This document shows, piece after piece, positions 28,059-36,189 of a stretch of DNA of 64,000 nt. A program made the position numbers and the translations under genes. The first letter of the stretch is position 1. Each line of letters opens with the position of its first letter. The notes below the pieces were generated by a model. The model made no database searches and had not been told where the DNA came from. It saw only the letters and a list, made by a program, of their open reading frames with translations. The stretch spans positions 625,841 to 689,840 of the forward strand of contig LBRL01000001.1 in NCBI GenBank assembly GCA_000991405.1, given 5' to 3'. The DNA is from Candidatus Nomurabacteria bacterium GW2011_GWD2_36_14 (lineage in GTDB: Bacteria; Patescibacteriota; Minisyncoccia; Phycocordibacterales; UBA9973).

Positions 28059-28089
28059 AAAAGCGTACTCGCGGTCCCAGTAGTACCCC
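28059..28089 (+). repeat. Partial copy C of the tRNA-linked element, overlapping a direct repeat of the tRNA-His 3' end
   Basis: AAAAGCGTACTCGCGGTC matches 23743..23760. GTCCCAGTAGTACCCC resembles the tRNA-His 3' end ATCCCAGTAGGCACCCC. Confidence 0.4.
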
Positions 28090-28132
28090 GTATTTAGTGT
28101 TCTCGTTTAGACATGTTATACTTTTATAATCT

Positions 28133-29047
28133 ATGAATTTCGAATTAAAAAATACAAATTTAGGATTAAAAAATAATGTAGAAAAACATAAGGATTTTTC
28201 AGTGACACAAGAGCTCTTTTTAAATAAAGAGCTAGAAAAAATGAATAATGATGCTCTTTTAGAAGAAGACTTTCGGGGTAAAATTGACGACGCCATTATA
28301 GATAAATGCTTGTTAGAGGTTGAAAAATATAAAAAAATTTTTATACAAAATAATAAAATACAAGAATTAAAAGATAAAGTAGAAGGTAGAGATGATAGAT
28401 CTCCTGAACACAATAAAGTATCAGGATACTTAGAAGCACTGTTCTATAATAAATTAGGGGGAGAAAAAGGTTGGATTCCCGGAGCCGTAGTCTGGAAATC
28501 AGCCCTGTCTGATGATATTAGGGGTATTGATTTTATTGTTGAAAATAAAAAAAGAGAATTTTCTTTAAATATAGATGTAACTTTTTCGCATAACAAGGGA
28601 CTAATAGATAAATTAAATAATCTTAAATATAAAATTGAAAGAGGAGAAATTACTCAGCCAATTTTCTATGAATCTGAAAACGAAGATGAGAGTGAAAAAA
28701 TTATTCCACAAGTTATTATTGCTGTTGAAAGAGAAAAAATTATTAAAGCTCTTAAGCTATGGGCTGATGGCCAAGGGGATCTCTTAAATGAACACCCAAT
28801 TATGATAAAAACAATGTTGGAGATTGAGGCTCAACTCGAAGCTTTTGCCTTTTTTGCAAAAGCAAATAATAAAAGAATTATAGCGGCATCCTGTAATGAC
28901 ATGTTGGCACAGATTCAAAGATTAATCATTAGTCATAACGATATTAAGGAAAAATATAGGGATATTATTGAGGAAGATGAAGCTTATAAAACAATAATGT
29001 CTTTTTGTTATTCTTTAAAAATAGAAGCCGATAAAATGATTAAATAA
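28133..29047 (+). CDS. Hypothetical protein (no recognisable domain)
   Basis: 304 aa, soluble, acidic. It lies immediately downstream of the tRNA-His repeat cluster. Confidence 0.5.
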   Translation: MNFELKNTNLGLKNNVEKHKDFSVTQELFLNKELEKMNNDALLEEDFRGKIDDAIIDKCLLEVEKYKKIFIQNNKIQELKDKVEGRDDRSPEHNKVSGYLEALFYNKLGGEKGWIPGAVVWKSALSDDIRGIDFIVENKKREFSLNIDVTFSHNKGLIDKLNNLKYKIERGEITQPIFYESENEDESEKIIPQVIIAVEREKIIKALKLWADGQGDLLNEHPIMIKTMLEIEAQLEAFAFFAKANNKRIIAASCNDMLAQIQRLIISHNDIKEKYRDIIEEDEAYKTIMSFCYSLKIEADKMIK

Positions 29048-29134
29048 AGGTCTTTAAACATTTTTTAAGCATAAAAATCGAAATTTTGCGAGTATATCCA
29101 CCCGCTTTTAATCTATGTGATATAATCACAAGAT

Positions 29135-29374
29135 ATGAAAATAGAAGTAATTGGTTCAGGGTGTAAGAAATGTAAGTCGCTATTTGAACTTACAGAAGTT
29201 GTATCTAGGGAATTAGGCATAAATGATACGGTTTTATATAGTACAGATGTAAACAAAATTGTAGCCATGGGGCTTATGAGTAGCCCGGTCTTAACTGTGA
29301 ACGACAAGCCTGTTCTAGTCGGTATATTGCCCGACAAAGAAAGATTAAAGGAAATTATTTCTAAAAATATTTAA
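29135..29374 (+). CDS. Thioredoxin-fold 'redox-active disulfide protein 2'-like small protein
   Basis: MKIEVIGSGCKKCKSL with an N-terminal CxxC, 79 aa. Classic partner of the downstream permease. Confidence 0.75.
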   Translation: MKIEVIGSGCKKCKSLFELTEVVSRELGINDTVLYSTDVNKIVAMGLMSSPVLTVNDKPVLVGILPDKERLKEIISKNI

Positions 29375-29375
29375 T

Positions 29376-30338
29376 ATGTTTTATCCCATACAATTATTAG
29401 CTGATTGGTTAACTTATACAGTCTTTGGAATTATCCCAAATACCTTACTAGCTTCGGCAGTAAACTTTTTCATATTTGATACTATTAAAATCTTTATTCT
29501 CCTTGCTGTTATTGTCTTTGTTGTTTCTATCATTCGTTCATATCTACCACCAGAGAAAATACGAGTAATACTTTCACGAAAGAATAAATATGTAGGAAAT
29601 GTCCTAGCCTCACTACTAGGAATTATTACTCCGTTTTGTTCTTGCTCAGCTATTCCGCTCTTCCTTGGTTTTGTCCAAGCGGGGATACCACTTGGAACTA
29701 CATTTTCCTTCCTAATCGCTTCACCAATGATTAACGAAGTAGCCCTTGTATTACTCTTGGGATTATTTGGGTGGAAGATAGCTCTTATATATATAGTTAG
29801 CGGACTTATAATTGCTATTTTTTCAGGAATAATAATAGAACACTTGAAAGTAGAAAATCTTGTTGAATCATCTGTTTATGAAAATTCTGTAAATGGAGAC
29901 AATTTTGATCTGCCTAGTTTATCTCATAAAGAAAGAATTAATTATGCACTAGATTACACAAAAGATATTCTTAAAAAAGTCTGGCCATATATATTGATAG
30001 GAATAGGTCTTGGAGCTTGGATACATGGTTATTTGCCTGCGGACTTCTTGGCAGAATATGCTGGGTCTGGTAAATGGTATGCAGTACCGCTTGCTGTATT
30101 AATAGGTATTCCTCTATATTCAAACGCCGCTGGAGTCATACCCCTTGTATCTGCATTAACAGAGAAAGGTGTATCTATGGGGACTACGCTCGCATTTATG
30201 ATGTCTGTCACAGCATTGTCTCTTCCAGAATTTATGATTCTTAAAAAAGTTATGAAAATAAAACTTATTTTTATTTTTGCAGGAATTGTAAGTGTAGGGA
30301 TAGTATTTACAGGGTATTTATTTAATATTATTTTGTAA
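29376..30338 (+). CDS. Permease of the DUF318/ArsP family (TPFCSCS motif)
   Basis: TPFCSCSAIPLF signature, two homologous halves, about 8 TM helices. Confidence 0.75.
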   Translation: MFYPIQLLADWLTYTVFGIIPNTLLASAVNFFIFDTIKIFILLAVIVFVVSIIRSYLPPEKIRVILSRKNKYVGNVLASLLGIITPFCSCSAIPLFLGFVQAGIPLGTTFSFLIASPMINEVALVLLLGLFGWKIALIYIVSGLIIAIFSGIIIEHLKVENLVESSVYENSVNGDNFDLPSLSHKERINYALDYTKDILKKVWPYILIGIGLGAWIHGYLPADFLAEYAGSGKWYAVPLAVLIGIPLYSNAAGVIPLVSALTEKGVSMGTTLAFMMSVTALSLPEFMILKKVMKIKLIFIFAGIVSVGIVFTGYLFNIIL

Positions 30339-30357
30339 TAATTTTACTTTTCAATAA

Positions 30358-31155
30358 ATGCAAGATTATAAAATCGAAACAATTTATGGATCTGATAATA
30401 GTGAAGCCTCCTTCTGTAGAGAGAGAGGTGGAATGGTAACTTTACTTAAGCTACAAGGGAAAGAAGTTTTGTATTTTGATAAAGCAACATTTTTAAATAA
30501 AAACGAAAGTGTACGAGGAGGAATACCTATCCTTTTCCCTAATGCAGGTGAATTGGATAAAAATGACACTTTCCCTAATTTAAAAAGACATGGCTTCGCC
30601 AGAGAGATGGATTGGAAGAGGGAAGAATCCGAAGTAGGATTTAAAGAAAGCTTAGATTCATCTATAGAGATGAAAGAAGTTTTCCCTTTTGATTTCAAAC
30701 TTACGGTATTGGGCAAATTTGAAAATGATGGTTCCTTCACTTTGAGCCAAGAAGTAGAGAATATGGAAAAAGAAAAAGAGATGCCCATAGCCATGGGACT
30801 ACATCCATACTTTAAAGTTCCCAATACAGAAAAAGGATATATTAAATTTAATTGTGATAAAGGGAGGGAAGTAGAAGACAATATAGAGATATGGTCAAAT
30901 GGAGGGACAGTCTACATGGACAATCCGAATATTAACGATGAATATAATCTAATAAAGGTAGAAATACCTTCACTTGGAACTCTGGTTATAAACTCATCGA
31001 TTGAATACGAAAAAGTTTGGGTTTGGTCTATGGCTGGCAAGGACTTTGTATGTATTGAGCCTATGATGAGGGGAGTGAATGGGCTGATAGACGAGCCCCT
31101 ACTTATAAAGCCGGGGAGTAGATTTAAAGTTAGTGTTAATTTTAAGCTTATTTAG
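30358..31155 (+). CDS. Aldose 1-epimerase family protein (glucose-6-phosphate 1-epimerase-like)
   Basis: GGIPILFPNAG and HGFAR motifs, with a beta-sandwich mutarotase-like length. Confidence 0.7.
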   Translation: MQDYKIETIYGSDNSEASFCRERGGMVTLLKLQGKEVLYFDKATFLNKNESVRGGIPILFPNAGELDKNDTFPNLKRHGFAREMDWKREESEVGFKESLDSSIEMKEVFPFDFKLTVLGKFENDGSFTLSQEVENMEKEKEMPIAMGLHPYFKVPNTEKGYIKFNCDKGREVEDNIEIWSNGGTVYMDNPNINDEYNLIKVEIPSLGTLVINSSIEYEKVWVWSMAGKDFVCIEPMMRGVNGLIDEPLLIKPGSRFKVSVNFKLI

Positions 31156-31177
31156 GTGTATGATATAGTATATAAAT

Positions 31178-31678
31178 ATGACCAAGACAGTTAAAAAAAG
31201 TTTAAAGAAAAATAAAAAAGCAAAAAAGATTGTGATGGTAAGTGGGGGGTTTGATCCTATACACATAGGACATGTTCGTTATATACAGGAAGCGAGAAAG
31301 CTTGGAGACTATCTGATCGTTGTTTTAAATAATGACAACTGGCTTAGATTTAAAAAAGGGAAAGAATTTATGGGAGAATTGGAAAGGAAAGAAATTCTTG
31401 AAGCAATCACCGGTGTTGATAAGGTTGTCATATCTGGTCATACAAAAAATACAAAAGATATAAGTGTGTGTGAAGAAATACGAAAGATTAAGCCACATAT
31501 TTTTGCCAATGGTGGAGATCGAAAGCCCGACTGGTATCCAATACCTGAGGTAGCCCTATGTGAAGAATTTGGAATTAAAATGATTTACAATGTAGGGCGT
31601 GGAGGAAAAGTCAGGAGCTCTTCTGAATTAGTTAAAAAGTACTCCAAGCATTTAGAAAAATATGCTAAAAAAAATTAA
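31178..31678 (+). CDS. Cytidylyl/adenylyltransferase (nucleotidyltransferase with HxGH motif)
   Basis: VSGGFDPIHIGHVRYI (HxGH) and LIVVLNND, 166 aa. Resembles RfaE domain II / glycerol-3-phosphate cytidylyltransferase. Confidence 0.75.
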   Translation: MTKTVKKSLKKNKKAKKIVMVSGGFDPIHIGHVRYIQEARKLGDYLIVVLNNDNWLRFKKGKEFMGELERKEILEAITGVDKVVISGHTKNTKDISVCEEIRKIKPHIFANGGDRKPDWYPIPEVALCEEFGIKMIYNVGRGGKVRSSSELVKKYSKHLEKYAKKN

Positions 31679-32330
31679 AATTCCAAAGCAGATAGCCATC
31701 TTGCTTGCACTAGCTATCGCTTTAAATATTGTCAGGATTTTCTTGTTCCATACAACTTCGTCATTGTATATGTTTTGGAATATATTACTGGCCTTTGTAC
31801 CGTTCTTTATAAGTTCCGTTCTACTTTTGTATACCAGTAACGGCTCGGAAGGGCAAAAAGGGAAGGACAAAATTACACAGCCATTCTTTATTGTTGGCTT
31901 CATTCTCTGGTTCTTATTCTTGCCGAATGCTCCTTATGTGATGACGGACTTTATTCACTTGGGAAGGATGCACGTTGTGCCTGTTATGTACGACATATTC
32001 TTCTTCTTTAGCTCGGCTTATGTATCGCTACTACTAGGGCTATACTCAATACAGCATATAGAAAAGATACTTCTCTTGAGGTTTACAAAAAGGGTTGTAA
32101 GTATTGCAATACCTGTCATCATACTCTTTGCCAGCTTTGGTATATATTTGGGGCGATTCTTGCGATTCAATAGTTGGGACTTGTTCACAAGTCACGTCCC
32201 TCTACTTAAGGCTATCTGGGATGTATTTACAAAAAGTAATGATTATATCAATGTTTATTCTTATACCATACTCTTTTTCTTCTTTATTTATATATCTTAT
32301 ATTTCTTTCAAAAGTACAAATGCAAAATAA
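31662..32330 (+). CDS. Hypothetical polytopic membrane protein (DUF1361-like)
   Basis: 222 aa, 5-6 TM helices. NAPYVMTDFIHL motif. Confidence 0.45.
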   Translation: MLKKIKIPKQIAILLALAIALNIVRIFLFHTTSSLYMFWNILLAFVPFFISSVLLLYTSNGSEGQKGKDKITQPFFIVGFILWFLFLPNAPYVMTDFIHLGRMHVVPVMYDIFFFFSSAYVSLLLGLYSIQHIEKILLLRFTKRVVSIAIPVIILFASFGIYLGRFLRFNSWDLFTSHVPLLKAIWDVFTKSNDYINVYSYTILFFFFIYISYISFKSTNAK

Positions 32331-32373
32331 TCTAGAAATTAGTTCATAAGTATGTAAACAAAAGAACTATCAT

Positions 32374-32742
32374 GTGGTACAATGTTCCCATATGATTAAG
32401 TCTAATATCTTTCAAATAGAACGACCATGGGGCAACTTCCGACAATTTACAAAAAACGAGAATACAACAATAAAAATTGTTACCGTTAAACCGAATGAAA
32501 TACTTAGCTTGCAAAGTCATACTCATCGTGCAGAATTCTGGCATGTGATAACTGGTAGTGGAACAGTGGAGATAGGTGAAGTGAAGACAGAAACTACTGT
32601 AGGAGACGAACATGAAATTGCCATAGGACAAAAGCATCGACTCGGCGCAGGGCCCAATGGTATACAAGTCTTAGAGATTGCGATAGGCGACTTTGACGAA
32701 GAAGATATTGTTCATTATGAGGATAAGTATGGAAGGGTTTAA
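32374..32742 (+). CDS. Cupin-domain protein (mannose-6-phosphate isomerase type II C-terminal-like)
   Basis: ERPWGNF...LSLQSHTHRAEFWHVITGSGTVEIG cupin motifs. Confidence 0.7.
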   Translation: MVQCSHMIKSNIFQIERPWGNFRQFTKNENTTIKIVTVKPNEILSLQSHTHRAEFWHVITGSGTVEIGEVKTETTVGDEHEIAIGQKHRLGAGPNGIQVLEIAIGDFDEEDIVHYEDKYGRV

Positions 32743-32747
32743 TATAT

Positions 32748-34184
32748 ATGGCTCAAGAAAAAGAAAAAAAGAATAACTCATTTGGGTCAATATTTAAAAG
32801 AGCTTTTTCTATAGGGGGCCATAAAGATGGGGGAGATACAGCGAAAGATAAACCCACAAAAAAGATTATCCAAGATGTGAGACAAGATCATATGAAAAAG
32901 GTTTTAGTTCGCAAAACTACCAAGAAGATCAAGCACGTCATTTCGTCAAAGAAACTTACTGCAACGAAAAAGAAAAAGACGACTCCTGTAAAAGCCTCCT
33001 CCGCTAAAGCTACGGCGAGCCGAAGTAAAAAAGTTTTAAAGAAAACTAAGAAGATAGTAAAAAAGTCAAAAGTTTTATTAAAGAAGAAGGGTGTTATAAA
33101 AAAAAGAGATACTGGATTTAAACTGGTCAAATCTCCTAAAAATCCAATCCTAGAGCCACGGGCTTATTCATGGGAATCACAAGCATCCTTCAATCCAGCG
33201 GCTATATCACTTGGAGGGAAGATTCATCTTTTCTATAGAGCTCTTGGTGAAGATGGAGTATCTAGGATAGGATATGCCTCAAGTTATGATGGCGTAAACT
33301 TTAACGAAAGACTTTCTTACCCAGTTTATTCTTTAAAAGATACAGAAGTTACAAAGGATCACCATTCCTTCACTTCCCCTGTAATACCTAGCTATAATAG
33401 AAATCTTTATGCGTCAGGAGGTGGCTGGGGCGGATGTGAAGACCCCAGAGCAGTACTTATAGATGGAATTATATATATAACATTTAACATTTTTAATGTG
33501 TTAAATGGATGGAAGTGGGATTCAATGAGTGTGGCAGTGGTTTCGATTACAGAAGAAAACTTATTAAAGAAAAAATGGATTTGGGATAACTTCTCATATC
33601 TTTCCCATCCGGGGGATAGACAGAAGAACTGGGTTCTATTCCCAGAGAAAATAAACGGCAAATTTGCTATCTTTTGTAATCTAGATAAGGGGGATCCTAA
33701 CAGAGTTTTTATTACCTATGTAAATAAGCTAGATACATCTGAAACTCCAACAGTAAAAGATGCTCCTGATCCTCAAGTATTGCCGGATCATATAGTAGCT
33801 TGGCATAAGCGTACTCGTAGTGCGGCTTGCCCTCCAATAAAGACAAAAGATGGTTGGCTACTTCTTTATCATGCAATGGACAAAGATAATGATAATAAGT
33901 ATAAGCTTGGTGCAATGCTTCTGGATTTGAAAGACCCAAGTAAAGTTCTCTATAGAGCAAAGCATCCAATACTTGAACCAGAGGAATGGTATGAAAATGA
34001 TTGGAAGCCGGGAATTATTTACGCAAATGGTGCAGTTGTCAAAGATGGGAAACTTTTTGTTTATTATGGGGGAGGAGATAAATATATTGGAGTTGCATCT
34101 GTCAAACTTTCGGACTTACTGGATAGTATTAAGGGACACGGTGAAGTAAAATTACAAAAAAACAAGCAAATAAATATTAAATAA
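32748..34184 (+). CDS. GH130-family glycoside phosphorylase/hydrolase with ~120-aa lysine-rich N-terminal extension
   Basis: N-terminal KKK-rich tail (KKIKHVISSKKLTATKKKKTTPVKASSAKATASRSKKVLKKTKKIVKKSKVLLKKKG). It continues into a GH130 core (NPILEP...FNPAAI...YRALGEDGVSRIGYASSYDG...GGWLLLYHAMD...GGGDKYIGVASVKL). Confidence 0.75.
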   Translation: MAQEKEKKNNSFGSIFKRAFSIGGHKDGGDTAKDKPTKKIIQDVRQDHMKKVLVRKTTKKIKHVISSKKLTATKKKKTTPVKASSAKATASRSKKVLKKTKKIVKKSKVLLKKKGVIKKRDTGFKLVKSPKNPILEPRAYSWESQASFNPAAISLGGKIHLFYRALGEDGVSRIGYASSYDGVNFNERLSYPVYSLKDTEVTKDHHSFTSPVIPSYNRNLYASGGGWGGCEDPRAVLIDGIIYITFNIFNVLNGWKWDSMSVAVVSITEENLLKKKWIWDNFSYLSHPGDRQKNWVLFPEKINGKFAIFCNLDKGDPNRVFITYVNKLDTSETPTVKDAPDPQVLPDHIVAWHKRTRSAACPPIKTKDGWLLLYHAMDKDNDNKYKLGAMLLDLKDPSKVLYRAKHPILEPEEWYENDWKPGIIYANGAVVKDGKLFVYYGGGDKYIGVASVKLSDLLDSIKGHGEVKLQKNKQINIK

Positions 34185-34186
34185 AT

Positions 34187-36118
34187 ATGTACGTAGTCAA
34201 AAGATCAGAAGAGAATCCAATAATAACACCTAACAGAGATCATTATTGGGAAGAGTTTGCTACTTTCAATATGAGTCCAGTTCGACATGGTAAGAATATC
34301 TACGGTCTTTATCGTGCTATTTCTGCCGTGGACAACATAAAGCCTCAGAAGCAGACTTCAATAATAGGAATAGGGAAGAGTAAAGACGGAGTTCACTTTG
34401 AAGATAGAGAGCCATTTATAAAGCCAGAAGAAAAATGGGAGAAATATGGATGTGAGGACCCAAGGGTGACCTTCTTTGAAGGGAAGTATTATATATTCTA
34501 TACGGCACTTTCAAGCTTTCCCTTTACCGCTGAGAGTATAAAGGTGGCAGTTGCCATATCAAAAGATTTGAAGAAGGTAGAAAGTCGCCATCTAGTGACT
34601 CCCTTCAATGCCAAGGCTATGACGCTCTTTCCTGAGAGGATAGATGGCAAGATAGTGGTCATATTCTCCTTTCATACTGATCAGCCTCCAGCAAAAGTTT
34701 GCATGGCCAAGCTCGACAACATAGAGCAACTTTGGGATAAAACTTTTTGGGGAAAATGGATTGAAGAAATTGATACTCATACAGTAGACTTTCGTCGTAA
34801 TAATTATGATCACTTGGAGATAGGAGCGACACCAATCAAAACTAAAAAGGGTTGGCTTCTAATATACTCTCATATTCAGAATTATTTCCCTGACCCAGAG
34901 AGGCTTGATAGAATCTTTGGGATAGAAGCACTACTTCTCGACCTGAAAGATCCGACAAAGATAGTTGGAAGAACAGGAGGTCCTATACTTGTACCAGAAG
35001 AGAATTATGAAATGGCGGGATATATAGACAACGTCATCTTCCCTACGGGGGCACTTGTAGATGAAGATAAACTCTCGATATACTACGGAGCTGCTGACAC
35101 AACTGTATGTATGGCGCATGTGTCGCTTCATGATCTCCTAAAGACAATGGATCCAAATAAAGATAATGACTGGAATTTCAAACGTTATCCATTGAATCCA
35201 ATAATAATTCCTAAAGCGGAGAATAAGTGGGAGGCAAAAGCTACATTTAATCCAGCAGCTATATACCTAGAAGGCAAGACACACATCCTTTATAGAACTC
35301 TATCCGAAGACAATACTTCTTTCATAGGATATGCTTCCAGTAAAGATGGCTTCCATATAGACGAAAGATTAGAAATGCCGGTCTATCTACCTAGAGAAGA
35401 CTTTGAGATGAAGAAGGTTCCAAATGGAAACTCTGGATGTGAAGATCCACGCCTTACCAAAATAGGCAAGAATATATATCTTTGTTATACGGCTTATGAT
35501 AGTGTAAATCCACCCAAGGTTGCAGTCTCTTCTATAAGTGAGAAGGACTTCCTTGCTCATAAGTGGAATTGGAGTAAACCATTCCTAATAACTCCACCAG
35601 GGCTCGATGACAAGGATACTTGTATCTTCCCTGAGAAATTTAAAGAAGGTTACTTTATCTTGCATCGTATGAACAATGAAATGTGTGGAGACTATCTGAC
35701 CCTGCTTGACTTCAATGCGGGACAAGTGAACAAATGTATCCGAGTGATAGGTCCTAGGAGAAACAATTGGGATAGTGCCAAAGTAGGTATCACTGCTCCA
35801 CCGATAAAGACCAAGCATGGATGGCTACTTCTCTATCACGGCGTATCGAAGAGTCACTTTACTTATAGAGTCGGGGCTCTACTCCTTGATCTAAAAGATC
35901 CAGCAATAGTTCTGGCTAGAACTTCAGACCCGATCTTTGCTCCGGAAGAAGATTATGAAAAGTTTGGTGTAGTGAATGGAGTTGTATTCCCTTGTGGAAT
36001 GACACTCCGAGGGAAAGAACTATTCATATACTATGGAGGAGGGGACAAGGTAGTAGGAGTAGCAACTATAAAGCTTTCGAATATTCTAGATACTCTTGTG
36101 AGAGGGGCAAAATTATAG
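34187..36118 (+). CDS. Tandem double GH130-domain protein
   Basis: Two complete GH130 repeats at residues ~1-315 and ~325-643. Each has NPIIxP...ATFN...YRxxS...GYASSKDG...GWLLxYH...GGxDxxVxxAxxxL motifs. Confidence 0.75.
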   Translation: MYVVKRSEENPIITPNRDHYWEEFATFNMSPVRHGKNIYGLYRAISAVDNIKPQKQTSIIGIGKSKDGVHFEDREPFIKPEEKWEKYGCEDPRVTFFEGKYYIFYTALSSFPFTAESIKVAVAISKDLKKVESRHLVTPFNAKAMTLFPERIDGKIVVIFSFHTDQPPAKVCMAKLDNIEQLWDKTFWGKWIEEIDTHTVDFRRNNYDHLEIGATPIKTKKGWLLIYSHIQNYFPDPERLDRIFGIEALLLDLKDPTKIVGRTGGPILVPEENYEMAGYIDNVIFPTGALVDEDKLSIYYGAADTTVCMAHVSLHDLLKTMDPNKDNDWNFKRYPLNPIIIPKAENKWEAKATFNPAAIYLEGKTHILYRTLSEDNTSFIGYASSKDGFHIDERLEMPVYLPREDFEMKKVPNGNSGCEDPRLTKIGKNIYLCYTAYDSVNPPKVAVSSISEKDFLAHKWNWSKPFLITPPGLDDKDTCIFPEKFKEGYFILHRMNNEMCGDYLTLLDFNAGQVNKCIRVIGPRRNNWDSAKVGITAPPIKTKHGWLLLYHGVSKSHFTYRVGALLLDLKDPAIVLARTSDPIFAPEEDYEKFGVVNGVVFPCGMTLRGKELFIYYGGGDKVVGVATIKLSNILDTLVRGAKL

Positions 36119-36189
36119 GAATTTAGGGATTTTGAATTTTAGTGTTTTTATGGCATTATGATAATAAGGGCTGAAAAGCCTTTTGTTTC

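Noticed and set aside
32748-33125. The lysine-rich region as a separate histone-like gene.
   Set aside because: The reading frame is continuous with the GH130 core with no stop. There is no internal start with an RBS at the boundary. I kept it as one gene but flagged it in the findings.
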